Assembly (NCBI GenBank): GCA_965655095.1
Contig: OZ296659.1
Span: 73,346,001-73,410,000, forward strand
Length of the DNA stretch: 64,000 nt
From: Haplodiscus bocki
Taxonomy: Eukaryota
Reading direction: 5' to 3'
Shown: piece after piece, positions 26,499 to 37,699 of the stretch
How the letters are laid out: each line of letters opens with the position of its first letter
Position numbering within the stretch: the first letter of the stretch is position 1
The notes under the pieces: model-generated
Seen by the model: only the letters and a program-made list of their open reading frames with translations
Told to the model about the DNA's origin: nothing
The model's database searches: none
Program-made: the position numbers and the translations under genes

Positions 26499-27594
26499 AT
26501 GTTTAGACCTAAAATTGAAACTCAAGATATAATGCTGTAAAAAACTAGAAACTGTGAAACACTTATTGATCACACTCATACGAGACCACAAGAACCACTG
26601 GAAATTCAGCTCACCCAACCAAGAGGAACTTTTTCATTCAAACCATCTATTTACCTTGGCCTTGATTCTAAGTGAATAATTGGATTAACATGTTTAGATA
26701 TATGCAATTCTGCTTTTGACACAACAGCAGAAAAAAAACCAAATGTGAACTTTACACAATTTTTTTTATAAGTTTTCAATTAGAGATTTAAGTGAAAAAA
26801 TTGCGGATTTTATTAATATTCCAACTATTACAGCCAAAGATCTACAAGGGGCAACGGGGTCACACGGTGTTATAACATAAAAAAAAATTAGAATCAGAAA
26901 AGAGACAGACTGATGGTTTTATGATGTTATTTTTGGCTTATGCTCGAACTTCATTTCGAGTTTTTGAAAGTCATTTTAGATTTGTAGTTGGATTGGATAA
27001 AGAAAATATTCAACTTAGTTTAAAACAATAAATTTCATATTTTGTCACTTATGAAAAATCTCAGGTATTTACTAAACTAAAGATACTTCAGAGGTCATTT
27101 ACTACATGGGAGATGATGAAGGCACTTTAAAAAATGATTACGATGATATTAGCTTGAAAACAAGAAAATTTTTTAAACCCGTTTTGGTGGCGAATTTGGA
27201 ACCTTAAGGTTTGATGAAAAATCTTTTTTCAATACTTTGTGAGGTTTCACACCATATTGGGATTATAAACTTACCAATGCAATTCATGCTGATTCTTGCG
27301 GTGTATACACCAGCCAAAAAGTTATAAATTTAGGTACATTAGATAAAATTCATTTAGAATGTGATCTTATTGATGGGTCTGTTGTAAACGATGTGCAACA
27401 ACCTATTTTGTACAGTTTTTTTAGATGAACCACCAGATTATGAGGTTTATTCTGTCAACCTGAAACAAAACATTATAAATAAAGACAAATCTGTTTTGAA
27501 TAGTATAACATTTTGTTTAGAAGGGCAAGATCACAAAGAAATTAATTTCAATGTCGAAACGTTGACTTTTACTTTACAATTATTCCTAGTTTAA
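26499..27594 (+). pseudogene. Minor capsid (penton-like) protein, copy 2
   Basis: HTRPQEPLE...TFSFKP...IIGLTCLDICNS, then INLGTLDKIHLECDLIDGSVVN..QQPIL..FLDEPPDY...ITFCLEGQDHKEINFNVETLTFTLQL. Confidence 0.75.
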
Positions 27595-27619
27595 AAAGTT
27601 ACTACTTCATAGTAATTAA

Positions 27620-27965
27620 AAGAATTTCCAAAAATTTGAAACTAATATTTTTTGCGTTGGTGGTAGGCACAAATCTGCTACAACAATCATTGTTGGTGAT
27701 ATAACATTGATTTTTAAAAAAAAACAGTTAAAGAGAATAAATTTTTATTTGGCTATTTGGCCACTGCTCAAAACGTAATGGAAAAAAGTTCTTGACTGTT
27801 AGTGATAACACAATAGCAGCATATGGATTAGGTAATTTCTTCAAAGCTCTGGGTATACAAGGAATTAATGCTTCAAAAGAAATGGCATAAAACGTTTTGA
27901 AAAATCCAGGAAGAATTTTGGAATTTGGAGGAAACGTTGGTAGTTCCTTTGAATCTGGAAGACCT
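27620..27965 (+). pseudogene. Small basic/amphipathic Polinton protein (Zn-ribbon-like head + GLGNFFK helix)
   Basis: FCVGGRHKSA...GHCSKRNGKKFLTVSDNTIAAYGLGNFFKALG...ASKEMA*NVLKNPGR. Confidence 0.5.
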
Positions 27966-28481
27966 CAATATTCGAATCAGTCGACACAGTTGTTATTATT
28001 GGAGCAACCACAACTTCTGTGATTTTATTGGTTACTGGTGTTTGTTCGATTGTGGTGCCAATTTCTGCTGGGAATACTTGTGCTCTATCATTAGGTAAAA
28101 GAAACAATACATAAGATAACACTGAACGAATACAAAAATAAAGAAAAACAAAACAAAAGAGAACCACAAACTATTAACTCTTTTGATAAATTGTCCAGAA
28201 TTTTTTGCATAGTAATCTAATTTAAACAAATGAATATGAATATCTAAGTATTATTTTTTACTACGTAAATTGATTAAACCAAATGATTATTTTGTTTATG
28301 AATATAAATTTTTTAAAAAATAACAAAGTCAAGGTGCCGGCAAACCTGACAATGCACTATGTGAAAGTAAACCTAAAACCTAGAACATAAAACTGATCTT
28401 TGTTCTGTTCTGTTTTTCTTTCTGCTCTGTTGTGTTCTGATCAACACTATGTGAATTGTTCTAGCGCTTTCTGTACATTAA

Positions 28482-29220
28482 ATGAGTCGAAATTGCCCTG
28501 CATGTAACATAAAAACAGATGATAAAAATTATATAAAGAATAGAACTGTTTGCGAAAGGTGTTGCAATCAGAAGGGAAGAAAGATTAAAGATATACAGCC
28601 ATTGGTTGACTTGCTTCCCAAAACAACGAGTTACATTCTCGATCGGAGAGATCCAATGACAATCGAAGTCTCGTCATAGGATTTTGGCATTCGGGAATAC
28701 TTATCTGATGAATTATATTCCATCTCAAAAACAGGAACCAATTAACATAAAAACAAAATCAATAAATCAATATCTTGATGCCAAATCTCAAGCAGCAGAT
28801 GAAATTCAACGTTGCGAAAACTTTAAAAACAGCATTGTTGTTTTGGTCGAAAAGTTGCTATCAAAACAAGCAAACAACATTGATATGTTTTTTACAAGTC
28901 GCCGCCACAGCAATATAGTTATTTATCATATATCTCAAAGCTATTTTCACCTGCCAAAAAAAACTATTCGTAAAAATTCTAATATAAACGTTTTGCTTAA
29001 AGAAACTCTAAGGGATATCATACTACTATTTCATGATATGGAAAGAATAGATATGAAATTACAAGAATGGAAAAAAGCTATGTCGTAAGGCTTGGGAAAA
29101 TCAATTGACGTATCTACAGATTGACAGATACGCTAAAATAGGTGGAGGAAATTATTTTTCCAGAAATTGTAGCAAAACTACTGATATAGAAAAGTACTCC
29201 ACAGATGAAACCTTTTCGAG
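28482..29220 (+). pseudogene. A32-like (FtsK-HerA) DNA-packaging ATPase (Polinton A), preceded by CxxC...CxxC
   Basis: Frameshifted Walker A (LVIGF..G-TYLM, ~28667-28710), then NSIVVL, FFTSRRHSNI..YHISQSYFHLPKKTIRKNSN (the A32 arginine-finger signature) and YLQID. Confidence 0.88.
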
Positions 29221-29259
29221 GAACATTAAAAAAATAAGCAATCATTTCAAAGGTTCTGA

Positions 29260-30076
29260 AAGTTTTCTTCAATAAAAAACAAAAATGATTTGGAAAAAAT
29301 GAATGAGTTAGTCTCGTTACAAAATCGAGTAAAACCTTTAAAGTTACAAGATAGGTTAGGAATACAAAACTTTCATGAGGAAATGAAACAAAATATTTGA
29401 ACCCATTACTAAACTAACTAAAGATACTTCTGATGATGTGGCAAAAACCATGACGGTAAGCTCTAAAAAGAACAACAATGCAATAGCGAACCTGATCAAC
29501 AAACTTTTACATATAATGAATGATAGGGGTATATTAGCATCCTATTTGCTGTCTCCTTTATCTAAAATTGCTAACCCGGAACATACTAGCCAATTCATAC
29601 TAGTAAGAGATCCTGACATGAATAGTGTCAACGATCTTCTACTAAACAAAACAATACCAGTTACTCTTTTTGGAATATTGTTAACTTTTCGCGTTACAAA
29701 TTGAAAATAGGAATTGGAAGGAGATTTTTTGAAAGTGATAACTAAAAAAAACAATGTTGATGATGCTAATTTACCGGATAAAAAGTTGATGTTTGAATTT
29801 GCAAAGGAAGTGTATTTTGTTGAAAAATTTTTAGGTAATAAAATTTATCTCAAAATGAAATCCTTCTCAAAACCACTTGAAGCAAAAACAAGATTTTTAT
29901 CTTCCAATCTTAATGAACTTCGTGATAGATTAAAATTATTACTACAAAAGAAACAAGTTGGAAAACATTCTAACCTACTTAACGAAAAAGTTATTGCTAT
30001 AGCAGATCAACTACTAAAATATATATGCAGATCTACGAAAAAACATTCAAAAATTTACAAATTCTTGGCAAATTAA
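29260..30076 (+). pseudogene. Conserved Polinton uncharacterised protein
   Basis: C-terminal FLSSNLNELRDRLKLLLQKKQVGKHS...IAIADQLL resembles the DPNELxxRLxLL...AGN motif common in Polinton ORFs. Confidence 0.55.
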
Positions 30077-30099
30077 CGGTGCAAAAGCACCACTTTAGG

Positions 30100-31360
30100 T
30101 CTTCCAGACCTAATAAATGCGTAAACTAAATGAAAAGTGTGAAGTTGATCGAAGAAACCTAATATGCAATTAAAAAAGATATTCACCAACTGAAGTAAGT
30201 ACAAAGAACACTGCTAAGTGTCAAATATATATCAACATACCCCGCAAAGAATCTATTATTTCATTGTTAAGTATATATCTTGATTTAAACTTTGAAGTTA
30301 TCAAAAAAGCTGATAATTCCAGATATGCAGATGGTAAGGAATTAAGATTAGTCGAATTAGGCCCAATTGCGCTATTCAAAAATTATTAGTTAACAACATC
30401 CAGTGGTAAACATTTGGAAGATTTTAGTCATGCTCGCATAGTTCTTTTGATAAATACACTAACAACTAGAGCCAGAGACTTGATGATTTGTCTATTGGAT
30501 TCGATCGAGATCGTAGAAAGAAGGCAAGAAGAGTTAACTAATAACAAAATTAGAGAAGAAAAATTCCATGTTAGAATTATGCTCAAAGATGTTTTTGGTT
30601 TTGCCGACAACAAGAAAAAGCTACTTATGGCTTAGGTTATAAATTAACACTAACAGCAAAAAAGGATGATGCCGTTTTGAACAAACCTCCTGGAAATGTT
30701 GATGCTAGAATTAAAAGTGATAATATCCATTGGTATGTACTCCCTTATACACCTTCCATTCCACAACAAGGTATATTATCAAAACAATTAATAAGTAAGA
30801 CACCCACGGAACTCCGATATATTGAACGACTTATGAAAGAAGTAAATAATCGAACCCTATGGAACTTCGAACTAGGTAGCCAAGAAAGCATAACTTTTCC
30901 TATTTGGATTATTATACGATTTCAACAATGATGAAGACAGGACTCGCATGATCTAAACAATGATACCTTTTGTAGACTGCCAATTACTAGTGCTCAATGC
31001 ATATTCGGGCCTGAAAAATATCCTGATGCTGCCATAATATTAAATTATGCTGATGATGAATTTTTTCAGGGTTATGGTCAAATTTAGGAAGCTATTAGAG
31101 CTCTAACAAAATATGATATCCTTCGACCATGAACATCTGACCAAGACTGTAGATCCTCTAATGAAGAAATTGACGTTGGTTATAATTTATATGTTTTCGA
31201 TATACGATATCAGGAAGGTTTCAGAGCTGCCTAAACAATTGAAGTAGAAAGTTTGTTTGATAGAGTTGCGCCTGCTGATAAGATTGGCTATGCTTTAGTA
31301 TCAACAAAAAAACTGATTAGTGTGAGTAGTGTAAAGCAAAGACATTTTGATTTAATTATA
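30100..31360 (+). pseudogene. Major capsid protein (double jelly-roll, Polinton A)
   Basis: QIYINIPRKESIISLL..YLDLNFEV, LGPIALF, LKDVFGFA, GLGYKLTLT, IHWYVLPYTPS, PIWIIIRFQ, EKYPD, YNLYVFDIRYQ. Confidence 0.85.
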
Positions 31361-31362
31361 AG

Positions 31363-32240
31363 CTATCCATAAAGCCCCTGTGCTTTCTTTACATCTTTTT
31401 TTTTCACTGTTAACTTTGTAATCTTGAACATGGCTTCACTATAAGGCTCTGGTAGATTGTTCGTGGAGCGAGGGGATTTTCGTTCCTCGCCAATGCGACA
31501 ACTCTGTTTTGTATCATTAACAATTTCTGTTATTTCATAGAATGGTAACTCCAATTGGTTGTATTTCCTTTCGAAAACGTTTTCTTTACATCTGCTAACT
31601 TAACGAGGTTGTGAATATAGAACGTCAGTTTTTTTCTTTGCTTTTTCAATAGTTTTTGGAAAACATATCCTTCATTCTTTTAAGAAGCTTCGATTGGAGT
31701 TAACTTATTTGAAGTTTGTGTTCCTTTATTATTTTGTTTCGTTTTTGTAGGTAATACATCAACCCAATTAGCATCTCCTCTTCCATGAACGTATCTTTTA
31801 AGAACATCCCTAAGAGTACAATTGAAACTTTCGGAGATAGCCGCTCCTAAGACCGTATGACGACTATATCTTTTATTAACTATTTTATTTAAGAAATCAG
31901 TAACAATTTTGCATAGATTCTTTTCCGCAGTCTGTTTCAAATAAATTTGGTTTTATTTTTGAAGTTATAAGAACAATTGAATAAATTCCGAAAAATTTGT
32001 TATCGTTTGGGCAATCTTTTTTTAAAAGGAGTTGTCCATCCAATTTCACTGAAATTACCAATCACTTCCAAAACATATCTAGATCCTCTATATATTTCAG
32101 GACCATTATCATTTAAATCTGATATATCTAATGACCTGGTAATATCAATATGATAAAATTCCGGTTTTTAAGTCATATAATTCATTTTGGGCGCTTTAAA
32201 GAAAATCTCATATTTAAAAATTTTGATTGCTCCCTGAGTC
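31363..32240 (-). pseudogene. Retroviral-like (rve) integrase (Polinton A)
   Basis: SLDISDL...GSRYVLEVIGNFS, KPNLFETD.GKE, AISESFNCTL...WVDVLP...KLTPIEAS. Confidence 0.88.
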
Positions 32241-32585
32241 GTTTATTGGTTCACAAAATTCAATACCTGAAAAACAATTATTACCTTTTCTGAAAGGGAG
32301 AAAATACGCAATTCAAAAATGTTATGTTTGTACTAAACAATGCTTTATGGATTGTTACGCAAATCATCCAAAACCAAAAACTCATAATAGTCACCTTATA
32401 CGCCTAATAAAATCTGGAAGTAATGTGATGTTTGTAAGGATGATATTTATTAATCAAGTTGGAGTAAACGCATAGAAAAACACAAAGCTAAACTGTCGAA
32501 TGAAAATTGACTGCTTTTTCTTCCAATGTTCTTAATCTGTTACCTAAATCAACTCAACATAGGTTCTATCTAAGTCTTTGAAAAT

Positions 32586-32589
<4 letters not shown>

Positions 32590-32661
<72 letters not shown>

Positions 32662-32670
32662 GTATATATA
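32590..32670. repeat. (TA)n microsatellite in the divergent integrase/PolB intergenic region
   Basis: Direct reading. Confidence 0.95.
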
Positions 32671-32889
32671 AATTTTTATATAAAAATTTTATTGTTGTTT
32701 TCGTTTATCTGTTTTATCATAGCAATATTTTAAAACTCTGTAAATTTTATAATTTTCACATTTTGTGTATTTTTTTAAAACTTTTTGATATGTTGCTGAA
32801 GGTTGTGCTGTGCATTTATTTTACCATAAATCAATTGATAACATTTTTTTAATTCAAAGAAGTCTTCCCTAATAAAAAAAATGGTGTAA

Positions 32890-35800
32890 TGAACGAATAT
32901 CAATTAACCAGGAAGAGTTTTGAAAAAATTGAAAAAACAGTCACTGGAAAATGAATTGAAGAGAAAACGAACTGAAGGATAGAGAATTCAAACGAAATGA
33001 AAGAAAAAAAATAGAAAGAATCAAAGTGAAGAGGATGTAGATCTAGGTTTAATTTTTAAAAACGCCACACGTGAAAACGATTTTACTTTTGCTGGTTTAG
33101 ATCTACATGGGATTAAAAAACAGTATTTCAGATGGTTGTGAAGGTGAACTTGAAATGGTTAATGAATTGATTATTGGCGAGCCTACTCGTAAGACACATA
33201 TTAGTATTAAAAATTTTCAAGACTATGAAGCATATATCAACACAATAGATGTGGCTTAAGAATCAGAACATACTGTTTTTGGTGGTGTTGTTTAAATAAT
33301 AGCAACACAGGTGTTTAAAAAGATAAATAGATTGAAACATGGAAAAGGAGTTGATTTTAAACACATTGTTTTTGAAAATGACGGTGATGATTGTTTTATC
33401 TCAACGAAAAGATATTGTTTCAAAAAATGTATTACTTGATTAACTTGTTTGGCCTATAAGAAATCAAACTTGGTGTTTGTTTGAAAAAAGAAAAGAAGGT
33501 CAAATTTAATGACACAAGCTAGAAATCAACCATGATGTAAAGCCATCAATGTCAATATTGATTATCATAAGGGTAAGGAAGTTTATCCCAGATCGGGTAC
33601 AGAAAAAATATACCTTTTTAACTATACAACGATCATTATTGTCAAATATGGAAATCCGACTGTGTGGGTTTTGATAGAGCTGTTGAAGAATTAAAAGCAA
33701 ATTTTGAAATAGTTGAAAATTAGAAAACTGATGAATTTGTTCATAGTTGTCTAAAATATGAATATACTCGCAAAAAAGTAGAAAGCGAAATGACTAGTAT
33801 TGTGTTTGAGATTTGGAAATTTAGAACACATTTAAAACGAGGCCTTATTGTTTTTCTTTGTATAGAGTAAGTAAAATAGCTGGTAAACAAAGTCGTGGCT
33901 TAACGTTTGAACAAAATCAATTATTTAAAAAAACTGCTAATGTATTTAATGAGGAAAATTGTTTGATTAAAATGTTAGAATATGCGTTATATTTAAAAGG
34001 AGAGCATAGAAGAAAAACGGCAACAAACTAATTCAAATTGAAATACAATTGCATGTTCATAATAGATGTGGTTTTGATGCTTGGAATAATTTAAAAAATA
34101 TAGGTTGTGAAAGACGGATTGTTGATTTGATCAAAACTGGTGGAGAAATAAATTCATTAAAAGTATTTAGTGTTTATATAAAAACTTCTGGAAATAAGAC
34201 GCTTCAACAATATGTAATTTTTAAATGTGGACTGACTCATTTGAATTTGTCACTGAGAAAATCGGGAACTACTTTCGAATTCCAAAAAGGATTGGTGAAA
34301 ACTGAAATGAAACACGAGGATGTTTTTGATAATACTTGGAAAAATAAAAAAGATGAATGCATAGATTATGTAAAAAGTGACGTTTTGTGTACGGTTTTTT
34401 CTTACACGAGATATTCAAAAGCTTTGGAACTATTTACTTTGTTTGGCAGGGAAGATTGTTCAAATTTACTAGGGCTGGGATGGAAAATTTTTAAGTCTTT
34501 CACAGGTGAGGAAGACGAGCCTATTTACACATATATTGACAGACATATGAGACGCTTCGTTCGGTAAAGTATTAAAAGCAGGCACGACAATTATTAAAAA
34601 TCGAAAAATTGTGAAAATAATTTTAAATGCAGATCAGAAGAATTAAAGATTAATGGAAAACTTTATGATGTCATAGAAAGATATAAAGAATATAAAAAAA
34701 CAAAAAACATATAGAAATACTTGAGAAAGAATATAAAATTAAACTCAGTGATTACAGCATTATAAACGTTGAAGAAAAAGAAGCATATACAAAAAAAACT
34801 AGGTGAACTTCCTATACATCAGAAATTAGGCCGTTTTGATTTGGGTGATTTTTACGGGATTTTGATGGGGTGGCTTTATATCCAAGCACAATGTAGGATG
34901 AAAAATGAAATTACCCTAAAATCAAAACGGGTTATGCTGCCAGGAAAATTATGGACGGAAGCATTGTCAAAAATTTAATAATCAAACAAGTACGAAAGGG
35001 AGTGCTGTTTTGAAAGTAAAATATTGTAACCCAAAAAATCTAATCGTCCAACATCTTCCTGTTAAGAAACTAATAAAAAAACTGAAATCAATCGCATTAA
35101 AAAAGAATATATTATTGATACTTTGACATCTGTGGATACTCAAGAGATAGTTAAATCTGGTAGCAGGGTGACTGAAACCCATGATGCTGTTTTTTCGAGG
35201 AAAAATTTAGAATATGTTCTTTTAGAAAAACGTTCGAAAATTTATTTAAGGTGAGATTAGAGTATGAGAAACAAGGCAATGAAGTAATGCAGCTTTTAGG
35301 TATAATGTTCATGAATAGTTTATTTTGGGAGCAAGTTCGTAGAGATATTGAAGAAAAATATGCATGTATATTGGAATGTTGGATGTTAAGTGAATATGAT
35401 GAAAGAGTTAGAGAATATAGAAGACTACCAATGAGGAATTATATTGTTAAATTGCTTGAAGATGAGGTAGTCGAAGATTCAGTAAAAATAGTAAACACTT
35501 TGCCTTTGCATTCAGGTGCTCTCGTTTCATTGAAAACTAGGAGATTTATGAAGAATTACATTCGTGTAATTAATGGTTTTGGAACAAAGGATTGGTATTA
35601 TGAAGATACTGATAGCTCTTATTTTGAAGATAAAGATTGGGATGAATTAAACAAGGCTGAATTTTTTGGAAAATATTCATTAAAATACAAAATTTGTTAT
35701 GGAGATGGTGGTATTTTTTATGGGCTGATGTTAGCACTTAAAATGAGTTATTGCCTAACTAGTGATAAAAATGTCAAAATTGTCGAACATAAGGCATTCA

Positions 35801-36047
35801 GAGGATGCACCAACATTTCAGAAAAGTTAAATAGAAGAGATGATGAAGTAATTGCTGAAATGCCTTTGAGTTGAAAACACAGCTTTGATAGTGGTGTTAT
35901 AGTTCCACAGAAGCAGAGATATTGTGATGATTGTGAAATTGATTCAATTTGTGATAAATGTGATAAACCTATAAATCAATAGAAAATAATTGTTGTGAAT
36001 TTGAATGAATTAAAAATACAACCTCCAAATGAATGTGGTTATATGCT
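32890..36047 (+). pseudogene. Protein-primed family B DNA polymerase (Polinton A)
   Basis: Exonuclease motifs HNRCGFDAW and YVKSDVL. Polymerase motif A DFDGVALYPSTM (~34858-34893), motif B MFMNSLFW (KxxxNSxYG) and motif C YYEDTDS (~35596-35616). The C-terminus is interrupted by the solo LTR. Confidence 0.92.
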
Positions 36048-37633
36048 TGTCGCAGTATATCTGCCAAGCCTACGAGCATAAAGAAAGGAAAGGACATCCC
36101 CAAATTGCCTGAAAATTACAAGAAACTGTATCAATACTTTAGACTTTTCTATTTCCCTTCATATAATAATATTGCAGTAATATTTCATTGCTTTTACAAG
36201 TAGTTGATACGTATCAAATACGTATCACTCCCCAGTATATTTTCAAACAAATTCTACGTATTTTATACGTAGCACTCCCGTGTACTGAACCAGATTGGGA
36301 CGCAAATTTTACGTAACGAGCACGTACCTACTTAGCTGCTACTCTAAGCTAGGAATGAATATTTTGTTACGTACGGGATATGTCGCTACCGATCTGGTGA
36401 CGTCACAAAACTTTCAACCAATCCGCTGTGCTATTAGGCTGCGCCACTTTGGACAAACACGTGGCGTCTACGTGGCCACCAGAATCATTCTCCTCAGTAG
36501 CACTGCGGAAAGCAGTGCCACAAGCGGCTACGTAGTCGCCACGTAGCACCACGGCCAAAGTGGGCCGTAGGCTAGTAAAAACGTGGAACGGACTAGGAAA
36601 AAGCCTATTTTTGTTCCAAAAGTGGATTAAAACGATGCAGTAGTATTACCAAGCATGTAATTATGACTTTCTGTGATTATTTCAGTGTATTTCACTTAAT
36701 TTTACTGCATTACTTTCCTCTTATGGAAAATCTTTTTGATTATTTGTTTATGCTATTATTTATTGTGTCGGCGCGGGAATAATCACTTTGATATCCATTT
36801 CCGACAAATCAGACCCCTAAATTTTCCGTCGAAAGATGGAGAAGACGCTGTCTGTAAAGGAAGAAATGGAGAGAAAGTTGTTTATTTCCCGCCAGAGTCG
36901 GCATGTTTCCTTTGTAATTATTATGATCAAAGTATTTTTCCCTATTTTGTACCTTTACCTGGCGTGTAAACAATTATGTTTCCCGCCAAGGAAAAGGTAT
37001 AAATAGGAGGAACGAAAGTACTAAAGGGAGAACCTTAAAATCATTTTAATTATCAGTTGACTGTACTGATTGCGACTAGTTGTTTATTTTAAAGAATAAC
37101 ATTTTTGTTATAATCTCAAGTTTATTAGCAAATACAAAATAATTCAGTCTTCATAACTGCGTAGCATTTTCCCTTCAAAAAGATGGCAACGTTGAGAAAC
37201 AAACGAAAGTTGGCAGCCGTTACAAGAGAAACACAAGAAGAAAATCCTAGGAGCGGCCAGTCACGAAACACGTCTGTTCCTAGAATTAACGAGGAATATA
37301 TGACACAAGTTTCTGAGGAGATTGAAGGCAGAGTCAGTAAAAAACTGTCCCAGGAGTTAAGCAGGACAGAGTCCCGCATTTTGGGTGCTCTGTCTAAATT
37401 AGACGAATTTCTCTTGAACCAACAGATACGGACGCATTCCGAAACCGTTCCTGGAACATTCCGGAACACAAACATGGAAAACCAGGGAACGAATGAGGGC
37501 GACTCCCAGAGTGATCCTCATCCTGAAGTGGGACCCTTCGTCTGTCAATCCCGTCATTCAATTGACCCAGACACAAGCGGGAATCATAACACGATGACAG
37601 GAGTTATAGAACAGACTTCCAAGTGTCCTCACA
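36048..37633 (+). mobile_element. Solo LTR (1586 bp) of the same Gypsy family as 21804-23606
   Basis: Starts TGTCGCAG and ends CCTCACA. Flanked by a perfect 5-bp TSD ATGCT (36043-36047 and 37634-37638). Confidence 0.92.
36885..37003 (+). promoter_or_regulatory. LTR promoter: two TTTCCCGCCA (E2F-like) motifs and a TATA box
   Basis: TTTCCCGCCA at 36885 and 36979, TATAAA at 36998. Counterparts in the other LTR are at 22584-22593, 22489-22498 and 22475-22480. Confidence 0.6.
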
Positions 37634-37653
37634 ATGCTTGTCTGATTTTTTGA
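37183..37653 (+). CDS. N-terminal gag segment encoded inside the solo LTR
   Basis: Open 156-aa frame MATLRNKRKLAAV...TQVSEEIEGRVSKKLSQELSRTESRILGAL, homologous to the 22265-21886 minus-strand gag head. It runs past the LTR end to a flanking stop. Confidence 0.75.
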   Translation: MATLRNKRKLAAVTRETQEENPRSGQSRNTSVPRINEEYMTQVSEEIEGRVSKKLSQELSRTESRILGALSKLDEFLLNQQIRTHSETVPGTFRNTNMENQGTNEGDSQSDPHPEVGPFVCQSRHSIDPDTSGNHNTMTGVIEQTSKCPHNACLIF

Positions 37654-37699
37654 AATATAAAGTAAAAGAACCATTACTTATATATTTTAGTAGTGTAAG

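Noticed and set aside
21804-37633. Two related LTRs flanking Polinton A as a composite LTR element carrying a virus
   Set aside because: They are in inverted orientation and clearly diverged, and the right one has its own TSD (ATGCT) inside PolB, so they are independent insertions.
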